From Candidatus Bathyarchaeota archaeon (GTDB taxonomy: Archaea > Thermoproteota > Bathyarchaeia > Bathyarchaeales > Bathycorpusculaceae), in contig OY970280.1 of NCBI GenBank assembly GCA_963715865.1, forward strand, positions 1,408,001-1,472,000: a DNA stretch of 64,000 bases, written 5' to 3'. The notes beneath the pieces are model-generated. The model was given only the letters and a program-made list of their open reading frames with translations. It was not told the origin of the DNA and did no database searches. The stretch's first letter is position 1, and every line of letters begins with the position of its first letter. Below, in pieces: positions 19,891 to 28,535 of this stretch. A program made the position numbers and the translations under genes.

Positions 19891-20796
19891 CTAATGTCTG
19901 TTTTTTCTTAAGTATAGGAGTATACCTACGCAGGCAACAGCTACTATTACCATGGAAGCAACGGCGACAGGGACTGTTGGGAAAGGCTCTGGCTTAGTTA
20001 TGGTGAAATTGATGGTTTGTGAAGTGCCAACGTTTCCAGCCTCATCAGTTGCGTAAACCGTCACGTTATGTGCTCCATCAGATAACTGAGTCAACGTCAT
20101 ATTCCCTGTAGTAGTAATGTTCTCATGTCCGTCAAGGCTATACGAGATTTGCGAAACCGTCTTGTTAACCGTGAAATCCAGCGGCACGTCAGATGTGTTG
20201 TAAGCTTTGGTTTCTGGAGATAGGATTGAGATGTTTGGCGGGATGGAGTCAATGTTGAATGAAACTGTTGCGAAAATAGACCACACATAACAACTATAAG
20301 ACAACCAAAATGAATCAGCTCTTATCCAGACTGTTACGTTGTGGGGTCCTTGGGATAAATCAGTTAGGGTCGCGTTGCCCACATAACTATTTCCTATATC
20401 CGAGAGAGCTACGGAAACGTTTTCTGGGAATTCATCAAGGAGGTTAGTGTTTACGATTAGGTCAACAAGTTTAGATGTGTCATAATCCAAAGCACAGCCA
20501 TGCCTTAAAAAAAGGTCAAAAAGACCCCCGCTAAAATTTTCCATTGGTACAACATCGGATTCTATTGTAAAAGCTAATGTAACATTGTTTTCGTTATAGG
20601 TCTTATTATTTTCTGGGGACTGTATGGTGACGTTTGCGTTTGTATTCCCGTTAATGATTGTGTTATTATTAGAGGTTATGTCCCCCTGAACGATGAATGT
20701 CCTTGCTCCATTTTGGATTAACAGTGTTCCAGCTAACACAGAGACAAGAAGTGACAAGATGAGTGTCAATGCTATTGCTTTTTTACTCATGCTCAT
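19891..20796 (-). CDS. Secreted, C-terminally anchored Ig-like surface protein
   Basis: Signal peptide; two I.SP.NK.YN...V.L.FT repeats; LSDGAHNVTVYA; PEPFP linker + TM + KNRH. Confidence 0.75.
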   Translation of the reverse strand: MSMSKKAIALTLILSLLVSVLAGTLLIQNGARTFIVQGDITSNNNTIINGNTNANVTIQSPENNKTYNENNVTLAFTIESDVVPMENFSGGLFDLFLRHGCALDYDTSKLVDLIVNTNLLDEFPENVSVALSDIGNSYVGNATLTDLSQGPHNVTVWIRADSFWLSYSCYVWSIFATVSFNIDSIPPNISILSPETKAYNTSDVPLDFTVNKTVSQISYSLDGHENITTTGNMTLTQLSDGAHNVTVYATDEAGNVGTSQTINFTITKPEPFPTVPVAVASMVIVAVACVGILLYLRKNRH

Positions 20797-20837
20797 CCAA
20801 ATTTACCTAAAAAATGGTTAGCAATAAAAGGGTTTTT

Positions 20838-20886
20838 GTCAAGGTTTCTGGACTAAGCGCCTATGATTTAGTCAAGGTTTCTTGAC
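20838..20886. promoter_or_regulatory. Tandem palindromic sites GTCAAG-GTTT-CTGGAC (20838) and GTCAAG-GTTT-CTTGAC (20871)
   Basis: Read directly; upstream of the surface-protein gene; the same tandem motif occurs at 52666-52713. Confidence 0.5.
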
Positions 20887-21333
20887 AAAAACAAGTTTGC
20901 TATAAGTTTGGTAAATTTTGGGTAGGGGGAGGGGGTATACTATTTGTTTTGTTGTTTGGGTAGCAAATAGCGGGAGGGGGGAGGCAGGTACTGGTACCTC
21001 TTCGTCTGTTCCGTTATCTTCTCTAAAGCCTGTTACATTTCGTCTGCTCAACGGGATTGCTATCGGGATTGGTTTTCTTGGTACAACCTCAAAAGTATAG
21101 AGTACGCCATCTGTTCCCCAACCAGTCATTAATTTCTTGTTTTTGTAGGAGTCATCACAGAAATAGATAACCTCTATTCTTTTACATTCTTTTAATTCCA
21201 GATTGCATTTATGTGCTTCAAAATTTTCAGAGGATAAAATTGTATTACAATGTGAGCATTTAACAATTGCAGAATTAGGGTTTGCTGACATCTCCAATTT
21301 CGGTTCCCCACTGCCCCTTGTTTTTATTAGCAT
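20872..21333 (-). CDS. Zn-finger cargo protein that reads out through the left TIR
   Basis: CSHC...H.C motif; codons EEVPVP lie in the TIR and the stop is in flanking DNA. Confidence 0.6.
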   Translation of the reverse strand: MLIKTRGSGEPKLEMSANPNSAIVKCSHCNTILSSENFEAHKCNLELKECKRIEVIYFCDDSYKNKKLMTGWGTDGVLYTFEVVPRKPIPIAIPLSRRNVTGFREDNGTDEEVPVPASPLPLFATQTTKQIVYPLPLPKIYQTYSKLVFVKKP

Positions 21334-21769
21334 CTACGATATTGTGCAATCTTTTGTTATCAATGACTAATTTATCATTCAACTTTTGCAAGGAATCTAA
21401 TCTTTGTTTTAGCCGTTCAATTTCTTGCTCATAGTCTTTCTGCTGTTGGTTTTTATCTTTAATTGCTTCATAGGCACGCGCTTTCTGTACCAATGCTGTG
21501 AGGTCAAATGCTGATTCAACAAGTTCGCGGTCACTTCCAAAGTCTTTTTGAAACTGATATGTAGCTATTTTAAAACCTAATTCGTTAGGGAAAGATGTAG
21601 TGTGCTTCTTAGCTCTTCTAAAAATATCTTTTCCGTCAACATAGGTATATGTTAAAGTTTTGACTCTTTCAGCTATTATAACTATGTCGCCTTTTGACCA
21701 TTGGTCAATGAATTTCTCTGCTTCGTCAATTATCGCACCTTTTGGCATCAATCTTCGCTCACTATACAT
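21275..21769 (-). CDS. Hypothetical cargo protein with C-terminal coiled coil
   Basis: 164-aa ORF, YEQEIERLKQRLDSLQKLNDKL heptads. Confidence 0.6.
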   Translation of the reverse strand: MYSERRLMPKGAIIDEAEKFIDQWSKGDIVIIAERVKTLTYTYVDGKDIFRRAKKHTTSFPNELGFKIATYQFQKDFGSDRELVESAFDLTALVQKARAYEAIKDKNQQQKDYEQEIERLKQRLDSLQKLNDKLVIDNKRLHNIVDANKNKGQWGTEIGDVSKP

Positions 21770-22045
21770 CTAACTTCCTCACAATGGCAACCCTGCAGCC
21801 GTTTATTATCTCCATTTTCCACTCAAGTTTATCGCTTTCTTTTAGGTCAAGAAAAGCTACTATTCCTTCTGGAACTGTAGCTCGCAAAGATGGCGAGCCT
21901 GGTCTTGCTTCAGTTAATTTACTTTTCAAACTCATTTTAGTTACCTTCTAAAGACATATACCTACAGGTAGTATTTAAGTTTAATTATTGGTTTGCCAAT
22001 ATGTTTAAATATGTAGTTATATATACTATGTGTAGGTAGATTAAC

Positions 22046-23175
22046 ATGGCAACAAAACTAACCTCAAGAGAAGAACGCGGTCAAGCAATAGCAGAACTTG
22101 GCGGACAAGTAAAACGAATAGACGGTTGCACTTACACCGTTAAGTCACAGTCTCATAACGGAGAGTACACCGTAAGAAAGTTGACAATGAATGGATATGT
22201 GAATGCCCAGATAACAAGTACCGACACCTAATTTGCAAACATATCTTTGCGGTTGATTTCTCTAGCCAATTAAGAAGTGAGGTGGCAGTTAACCGAGTTA
22301 TTCAAGAAGTTAATGTTAGCAACTGTCAATTTTGCGGTTCAAATAACCTCAAAAAAGACGGCTTGAGAAAAAACAAGTCAGGAACAATTCAAAAATTCTA
22401 TTGCCGAGAATGCCAACACTACTTCACCATTAACATTGGCTTTGAACGTATGAAGCATAATCCTCAAGCCATAACAACCGCTATGCAACTTTATTTTAGC
22501 GGTGAAAGTCTAAGGAATACTCAAAAGTCTCTGAAACTGTTAGGCGTTGACGTTACTCATAAAACGGTTTTCATGTGGATTAAGAAGTACGTTGCTTTGA
22601 TGAAAGATTATGCTGACAGAATAACTCCCAATGTTAGCGATACATGGAGAGCAGATGAAATCTATGTTAAGGTTAGGGGCAATCTGAAATATTTATTTGC
22701 CATAATGGACGATGAAACCCGTTTCCTCATAAGTCAAGAAGTCGCTGAAACCAAAGAAAAGCATGACGCAAGAAACCTATTCATGATGGCAAAACGGTTA
22801 ATGGAAAAACAGCCAAAAACCCTCATAACAGATGGTTTATCCTCTTACTTTGTAGCATCAAAAGAAGTTTTTGATGAAGCCCAACATATACGCAAAATAA
22901 CGCTTGATGGAAAACTGCATAACAATAACAAAATGGAGCGCATGAATGGAGAAATCCGTGACCGAGAAAAGACGATGCGCGGATTAAAAACTAACGATAC
23001 AGCAATCCTAACGGGTTATCAGATATTTCATAACTACATTCGACCGCACCAAGGCTTAGACGGAAAAACGCCTAGTGAAGCATGCGGAATAATGATAGAG
23101 GGAGAAAACAAGTGGAAAACTCTGATTCAGAACGCTTCAAAAGTCCAAGATTTACCGAACCCAAAAGGCATCTAA
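22046..23175 (+). CDS. IS6-family DDE transposase with N-terminal SWIM finger and Zn ribbon, split by a -1 frameshift near 22175
   Basis: Joining ORF 22046 to the -1 frame gives ...EYTVR-KVDNEWICECPDNKYRHLICKHIFAV (SWIM), CQFC/CREC ribbon, WRADEIYVKV, LITDGL, NNKMERMNGEIRDR; about 376 aa. Confidence 0.88.
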
Positions 23176-23227
23176 TTAATACGGAAAAACAAGCGGAAAA
23201 TCCTAATACAAAACGCAAGTAGAAAAA

Positions 23228-23434
23228 TTATGCACGAGGTTTAATATACCAATTTTGGTCAATCAAGCAATAGCCATCTTCAACCTTTGCCATTTGGGTT
23301 CTGTGTGAACTTGACCCTTTAACAGGTTTGTTATTCTTTTCAATGGTTCTTGCATATACTGTTGCTGAAACAAAATAAACTTTACACCCAGCCGAAGGAA
23401 ATATATCACTTTTGTTCTGATTTTGATTGGGCAT
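23228..23434 (-). CDS. Small hypothetical cargo protein
   Basis: 68-aa ORF overlapping the upstream gene, operon-like. Confidence 0.45.
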   Translation of the reverse strand: MPNQNQNKSDIFPSAGCKVYFVSATVYARTIEKNNKPVKGSSSHRTQMAKVEDGYCLIDQNWYIKPRA

Positions 23435-23858
23435 CCTTGCACTCTACCTTGTTTTCTGTACCTAATTCATTCAAGGCTTTTAGCACAATCTCGGGGTCTA
23501 AGCATAGGTCAAAAATTATGTCGCTTGTTCTTGCGCCATTATGTTGCTCTATATAATTAAATACAAGTTTTTTAGCTTCATCTATTGGAATGTCACCTTT
23601 TAACTCGATTAATTTTGTATTATCGTCAACAACTAAGTAACCACTAACAGGTTGCTTAAGGTCTGGAATAACCCAATTTGAACAAGAAGTTAAATCACCG
23701 CGCATTCTAAAGTCTGCGGTTCCTGTAATAGTTATAGCTGCATTTTCAGTTGTAATCGACTGAATCTGAGCCCCAGTAAGTACTAAAGAATAATTTTTGC
23801 AATCTAAGGAATAGCTTTTTGTTGCTTCTTCTTTTATTTTTTGAAGCGTCACTAACAC
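23406..23858 (-). CDS. Hypothetical cargo protein with C-terminal winged helix
   Basis: GARTSDIIFDLCLDPEIVLKALNEL...KVE wHTH pattern. Confidence 0.6.
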   Translation of the reverse strand: MLVTLQKIKEEATKSYSLDCKNYSLVLTGAQIQSITTENAAITITGTADFRMRGDLTSCSNWVIPDLKQPVSGYLVVDDNTKLIELKGDIPIDEAKKLVFNYIEQHNGARTSDIIFDLCLDPEIVLKALNELGTENKVECKDAQSKSEQK

Positions 23859-23865
23859 CTAACCG

Positions 23866-24081
23866 CTAAGCTACACTAACTACTTGTGCAGATTTTATTA
23901 GGTAGTTGGGTTTACCTGTTAAAGGGTCTGTCTGTTCTAAGCGATATACCTCTGTGAGTATAACATGAACTTTTATTGTGTTGCCATCGGACAATGTATA
24001 TTCGCTAAAATTTTCACCTTTAATTGTAAACTGAACTTGTTCGGCATCTAAAGTTTGCCCATTGGGTAATGTTAATTTCAT
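23866..24081 (-). CDS. Small beta-rich hypothetical cargo protein
   Basis: 71 aa; RBS-like AGGTG; shares L.DGN..KVHV.L..V...P.G.P.Y with the next ORF. Confidence 0.6.
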   Translation of the reverse strand: MKLTLPNGQTLDAEQVQFTIKGENFSEYTLSDGNTIKVHVILTEVYRLEQTDPLTGKPNYLIKSAQVVSVA

Positions 24082-24225
24082 CTAGCCACACCTTAATTTC
24101 TTCTAGAAGTAAATCATTATATCTTTTATGAATTATTAAAGATTATTCCAAAAACTACTTAAGACCGCGTGAAAGCTTGAATAGAAAAAACCCTGCTTGG
24201 TTTTGCCTTAAGTTTTTGCTAGTAA

Positions 24226-24513
24226 TTAGGTTGTGTAAGCCTGTTCACTTTTTTTGTTGACTGTACTCTGAGTTGGTATAGGCGGTGCTGGAGCATAAAA
24301 CGTCTTGTCCTTTGTCTCAATTTCAACTCTTGGATTCAATATAAAGTTGTAAATAGGCGTACCATCAGGTGCTTTTCTATCTATAGCAACACCTACTCTT
24401 GCCAGTTCTACATGAACTTTTAGCAGGTTACCATCTTCTAAACGGAAATTTACCACGTTGCTGCCAACAAGCTTTGCGGAAATTTGCTTAAACTTTATTT
24501 GTTCCTGAGTCAC
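24226..24513 (-). CDS. Small hypothetical cargo protein, probable paralog of 23866-24081
   Basis: FRLEDGNLLKVHVELARV...PDGTPIY. Confidence 0.6.
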   Translation of the reverse strand: MTQEQIKFKQISAKLVGSNVVNFRLEDGNLLKVHVELARVGVAIDRKAPDGTPIYNFILNPRVEIETKDKTFYAPAPPIPTQSTVNKKSEQAYTT

Positions 24514-24915
24514 AAGACATCACTAGTTTCTTATTGAGAGCACGATGTATAATAAACTTTGGAACTGTTTGAGATTCTTGCTTTCGAGTCAAGTCAAATA
24601 ACTTTACGCAAATTAGCAGACGAAAAGTAACATGGAGATGAAACAGTCGGAGAGGTAACAGAGCCGGGAGGCAGGTACTTTTTAGCTGGTAAATATAGGT
24701 CTAAAAAGCAGGCAGGTAGAGGGCAGGGTCATTTTTGTTTGCAAATCTGCTTTTCAAAAAATTAGGTACCGATGAGGATAGGCGCAGTATTCTCTTGGAA
24801 TTTACGCTTTAGCTTTGTTTTGTGCGTCGATAGGTTTTTATCTTACTCGGGGTGGCGAAATCTCCCGCAACCCTCTCTCTTTTTCTTTTTTTAATAGCCT
24901 AAGGAGGGTTTTATT

Positions 24916-25068
24916 TTGAATCAGAAGCAGATTGAAGCGGTTTCGGTTATGGTGCGGATTTTCCTTGCTGGTTTGGCGTTAAATTTTGATGCTAATTTTC
25001 ATGAGCTTGAGGAGATTACGAAGAGGGCTTTGTTTGAAATTGAGAATGCTGAGCAGGGGGTGTCTTGA
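24916..25068 (+). CDS. Small hypothetical protein, 50 aa
   Basis: AAGGAGG RBS then TTG; MNQKQIEAVSVMVRIFLAGLALNFDANFHELEEITKRALFEIENAEQGVS. Confidence 0.45.
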   Translation: MNQKQIEAVSVMVRIFLAGLALNFDANFHELEEITKRALFEIENAEQGVS

Positions 25069-25223
25069 ATGGCTGGGGCAAGACTGAGAGGGATCTATTA
25101 AATTTTAACTTCCTTCCTTAAAATAGGCAAATGTTTCATCATCAAAAAAATTGCAAGGATTTTGAGTGACAGAGGTTGAAGATTTGTGCGATTTAGTGCT
25201 CGACAAAGATTATTGTGATGCCT

Positions 25224-25544
25224 TTAGTTCAACATTTTTGCGTCCAGCTTTTTCTCTAATTGCCGAATTGCCGCACTACCCACCATATCGGTCATGCCCA
25301 TTCCCAAGAAAACGCCTGACCATACGGAAGTTACAGCATTAGGAATGGTTGCAAGAATTGCATTCGCGCTTAAAATGAATCCAACAAAAGTTAACACGAC
25401 TCCAATAAAGAAAACCTGAAACCAGTCTCGCTTATACAAAGGCTTAGTTATAGTCATATATGACGCCAAACTAATTTTGTTTAGTGGAGATATAAGTAGT
25501 TTGATTATGTTTGAGTTGGGTAAGAATCTTTTATGACAGCTCAA
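25224..25544 (-). CDS. Small two-TM membrane protein
   Basis: Two hydrophobic segments; true start probably internal (MTITKP). Confidence 0.5.
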   Translation of the reverse strand: MSCHKRFLPNSNIIKLLISPLNKISLASYMTITKPLYKRDWFQVFFIGVVLTFVGFILSANAILATIPNAVTSVWSGVFLGMGMTDMVGSAAIRQLEKKLDAKMLN

Positions 25545-25657
25545 AAAACTAGACGATAAGCCTGAAAAATGCGTCGATAGGTTTTTATGTTCCGCTTAAA
25601 TCTCTAAGGTGTCACCAACATATATAAAACGGCAAAAGAATGGATTGATGGACCAAA

Positions 25658-25966
25658 ATGGTTAGAAAAGCACGAATACGCCTCACAAGCACAGATTACG
25701 GCAAACTAGAAGAGGTATGCGGAGAACTGAAAAGCATAGCTCAAAAGACAGGCGTAAAAATCAATGGTCCAGTGCCATTACCCACAAAACGATTGCGAGT
25801 GCCAGTTTTAAAAGCGCCTTCAGGTGAAGGAACCGCAACGTGGGACAGGTGGGAAATGCGCATTCACAAACGCTTAATCGACATTGACTCTGAAGAACGA
25901 GTTATGCGTAGAATCATGCGCATCCGTGTGCCAGAAGAAGTCCACGTGACAATCGAACTAATCTAA
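25658..25966 (+). CDS. rpsJ: 30S ribosomal protein S10 (uS10)
   Basis: [27 protein letters not shown]. Confidence 0.97.
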   Translation: MVRKARIRLTSTDYGKLEEVCGELKSIAQKTGVKINGPVPLPTKRLRVPVLKAPSGEGTATWDRWEMRIHKRLIDIDSEERVMRRIMRIRVPEEVHVTIELI

Positions 25967-26249
25967 AAACACGGTTTTTGCAAGCAATCTCCTGCTCTAA
26001 ATTTACATTTTTTGCTGACTGGATTGTTTGAACAAAACTTTTACGCGATCGAACAAATCTAGCCTACTCCCCAATTGTCTCGACAAAAGCTTTCTGCCCC
26101 GACACCGCAAATTTATCTATGTTAAGCTGTTTTCTTACGGCTTCACAGGTTTTGTTTTAGATGCGTGCTGCTTGCGGCGCTCGCTGTTAGGATGTACGTG
26201 GTAAACCTTTTCTAGCTTTAACGCTTATTATCTTTTCACTGGTGCTTTC

Positions 26250-26735
26250 ATGTCAGGTGAAATCGAAAGAGAACTTGAAAACTGGTTTGCTGACGCAAAG
26301 AAAGTTGTTGTAGCTGGGATAGGGAACCCCATACGCTCAGACGATTATGTAGGATTAAACATTGTTGAAAAACTAAAAGGCAAATTGCCAGAAACCGTTT
26401 GCCTGCTGGAATGCGAGACGGTTCCAGAAAGCTACCTATTAGACATAGAAGAGTTCAACCCCACGCATGTGCTGTTGATTGATGCTGCTTTTTTAGGGTT
26501 AAATCCCGGGGAAGCCAGCCTTGTTGACGCTGAAAAGATTGCCAGTTTTTCGGCAATTACGACGCATCTGTTGCCTCTGCGGATTTTTTGTGAGTACGTT
26601 AAGCAGGCGACTGGCGCAAAAATCGCTTTGCTTTTAATTGAGCCGAAGAGTATGGAGTTTGGTGAAGGTTTAACCGCTGAAGTCCAAGCGGCAGCAGAAC
26701 GGATAACGAAAATATTGCTTGAACTGCTTGGTTAG
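26250..26735 (+). CDS. Hydrogenase maturation endopeptidase (HycI-like)
   Basis: GIGNPIRSDD.VG, ETVPE, IDAA, TTHLLP. Confidence 0.9.
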   Translation: MSGEIERELENWFADAKKVVVAGIGNPIRSDDYVGLNIVEKLKGKLPETVCLLECETVPESYLLDIEEFNPTHVLLIDAAFLGLNPGEASLVDAEKIASFSAITTHLLPLRIFCEYVKQATGAKIALLLIEPKSMEFGEGLTAEVQAAAERITKILLELLG

Positions 26736-26865
26736 GCTTCTTTTGAAAACAAGCATAAACAGCGAAAATTGGATAATAAAGGAATGTGGTTGATATGGCG
26801 CAACAACTGTTTAGACAGGTTAGTTAATTAGCCAGTTTTTAGTTAGCAAATATTGTGAAACAGTC

Positions 26866-27345
26866 ATGCCTGGAAAAGCAATAATAGTTATGGGTTCAGA
26901 GCGGGATTTGGATTTTTCTAGGGAAATAGCCAAGTACCTTAAACTTTTAGGAGTAAGCTACGAGTTTCGGGTTGCGTCTGCTCATAAAACTCCGGAGAAA
27001 GTGCTTGAAATAATAAAAGACTTCGAAAACGAAAAAGTAGTTTACGTTACTGTTGCTGGCCGCTCGAATGCACTCAGCGCTTTTGTTGATGGCAATTCAT
27101 CTAAGCCTGTGATTGCATGTCCACCGTACTCCGAAAAATACAGCGGAGTAGACATTTACTCTTCGCTTAGAGTGCCAAGCGGCATAGGTTCTGTTGTAAC
27201 TATTGAGCCTGAAGGTGCAGCGATTGCTGTAGCGAAAATTTTCGCTTTAGATGACAGCGCGATGGCGGAGAGCGTTAAGAATTATCAAGCATCCAAGAAG
27301 AAAGAGCTTGATAAAGCTAATGAATCAGTAAAGAAACTAAAGTAA
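26866..27345 (+). CDS. purE: AIR carboxylase / N5-CAIR mutase
   Basis: MGSERD, SAHKTP, AGRSNALS, SSLRVPSG. Confidence 0.93.
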   Translation: MPGKAIIVMGSERDLDFSREIAKYLKLLGVSYEFRVASAHKTPEKVLEIIKDFENEKVVYVTVAGRSNALSAFVDGNSSKPVIACPPYSEKYSGVDIYSSLRVPSGIGSVVTIEPEGAAIAVAKIFALDDSAMAESVKNYQASKKKELDKANESVKKLK

Positions 27346-27479
27346 ACATAACCGCATTCTATTTTTAATCGATTCAGAAACCCTTGTCAATGGCTAAACA
27401 TAGCGAATGCCAAGACTAAAGCGATATAAGCTAAAATAGAATATTCTGCTAGAACTAAAGATAACATAGGGATAACAGC

Positions 27480-28532
27480 ATGGGCAGCGTGAAAGACCTC
27501 GAAGTAATCAAGAAGCCAACCCGAGACATAATGGGCATTGGCAGGTTCCATTTTTCAGACCGTTATAGCGTTTTTGACTGGGGAGAAATGCCTGACCACA
27601 TTGACGGCAAAGGCGAAGCGCTCTGCATTATGGGAGCTTACTGCTTTGAACGCTTAGAGGAAAAAGGCATCAACACTCACTATAGAGGTCTAGTTGATGC
27701 AAACGGCAAAGTAGTCAAATTCAAGGAGCTAAAACAGCCTTCAAGCATCATGGAAGTTTGTTTGGTTAACGTTTACAAACCGCAAACAAGCGTAGTTAAC
27801 GGCAAAATCGTGCATGACTACAGCGTTTACACGCCTAACCTGAAAAACTGCCTAATTCCGCTCGAAATAATTTACAGAAACGGCTTGCCAGAAGGCTCAT
27901 CAGTTTTCAAACGGCTTCAACAAAGAAAAATCACAATAGAAGATTTAGGCTTAGACCACTACCCGAAGCCAGGTGAACAGTTGGCTAAGCCTATTTTTGA
28001 TGTTAGCACTAAACTTGAAGAGACCGACCGATACTTGTCATGGGCTGAAGCGCAGAGAATCGCTGGCTTAACTGACCAAGAACTAAACAACGTAAAGGCT
28101 ACGCTACTTAAAGCGGATGCAACCATAACCGAAGTGGCTTCTCATGCAAATTTGAAGAATGAGGATGGAAAAATCGAGTTAGCCTTCGACAACAAAAGAA
28201 AACTAATGATAGTCGATGTGGTTGGAACCTTAGACGAGTGCAGATTCACCTACGATGGCGTGCATGTGAGCAAGGAAGTTGCAAGGCAATTCTACAAGAA
28301 AACAAGCTGGTACAAGGATCTGGAGCAAGCCAAAAAAGCCACTGAAGTCAAAGGCATACAAGACTGGAAAGCACTCTGCAAATCGCAGCCTCCCAAACTT
28401 GACCCGCGGCTTAAGGCAATCATTAGCGAAATGTACATGGCAGCGGCAAATGAAATGACGACCCGTAAACTGTTTGATGCACCCAAGCTCAAAGAGGTAA
28501 TAGCGAAGTATAAGGATTACATGAAGGAATAA
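27480..28532 (+). CDS. purC: SAICAR synthetase
   Basis: GSVKD, FSDRYSVFD, IPLEIIYRN, STK.E..DR, DGKIE, DECR. Confidence 0.92.
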   Translation: MGSVKDLEVIKKPTRDIMGIGRFHFSDRYSVFDWGEMPDHIDGKGEALCIMGAYCFERLEEKGINTHYRGLVDANGKVVKFKELKQPSSIMEVCLVNVYKPQTSVVNGKIVHDYSVYTPNLKNCLIPLEIIYRNGLPEGSSVFKRLQQRKITIEDLGLDHYPKPGEQLAKPIFDVSTKLEETDRYLSWAEAQRIAGLTDQELNNVKATLLKADATITEVASHANLKNEDGKIELAFDNKRKLMIVDVVGTLDECRFTYDGVHVSKEVARQFYKKTSWYKDLEQAKKATEVKGIQDWKALCKSQPPKLDPRLKAIISEMYMAAANEMTTRKLFDAPKLKEVIAKYKDYMKE

Positions 28533-28535
28533 ACA

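Larger units (their letters stand above)
20987..24665. mobile_element. IS6-family cargo-carrying transposon, 3,679 bp
   Basis: Left end GGTACTGGTACCTCTTCGTCTGTTCCGT vs right end (revcomp) GGCTCTGTTACCTCTCCGACTGTTTCAT (21/28 match); exact 8-bp flanking duplication GGGAGGCA at 20979-20986 and 24666-24673; internal IS6-type DDE transposase. Confidence 0.88.
24823..25588 (+). repeat. 19-bp exact direct repeat TGCGTCGATAGGTTTTTAT (24823-24841 and 25570-25588)
   Basis: Read directly; the second copy lies ~70 bp upstream of rpsJ. Confidence 0.8.

Noticed and set aside
20900-20986. G-rich tracts as a G-quadruplex or separate repeat element
   Set aside because: No second copy in the window and no way to test here; may be ordinary intergenic sequence.
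24674-24679. GGTACT after the right TSD as the end of a second IS6 element
   Set aside because: Similarity to the TIR stops after 6 bp and I found no partner end.
25967-26249. tRNA-Ser, often found after archaeal rpsJ
   Set aside because: No cloverleaf or T-loop/CCA pattern seen on either strand.
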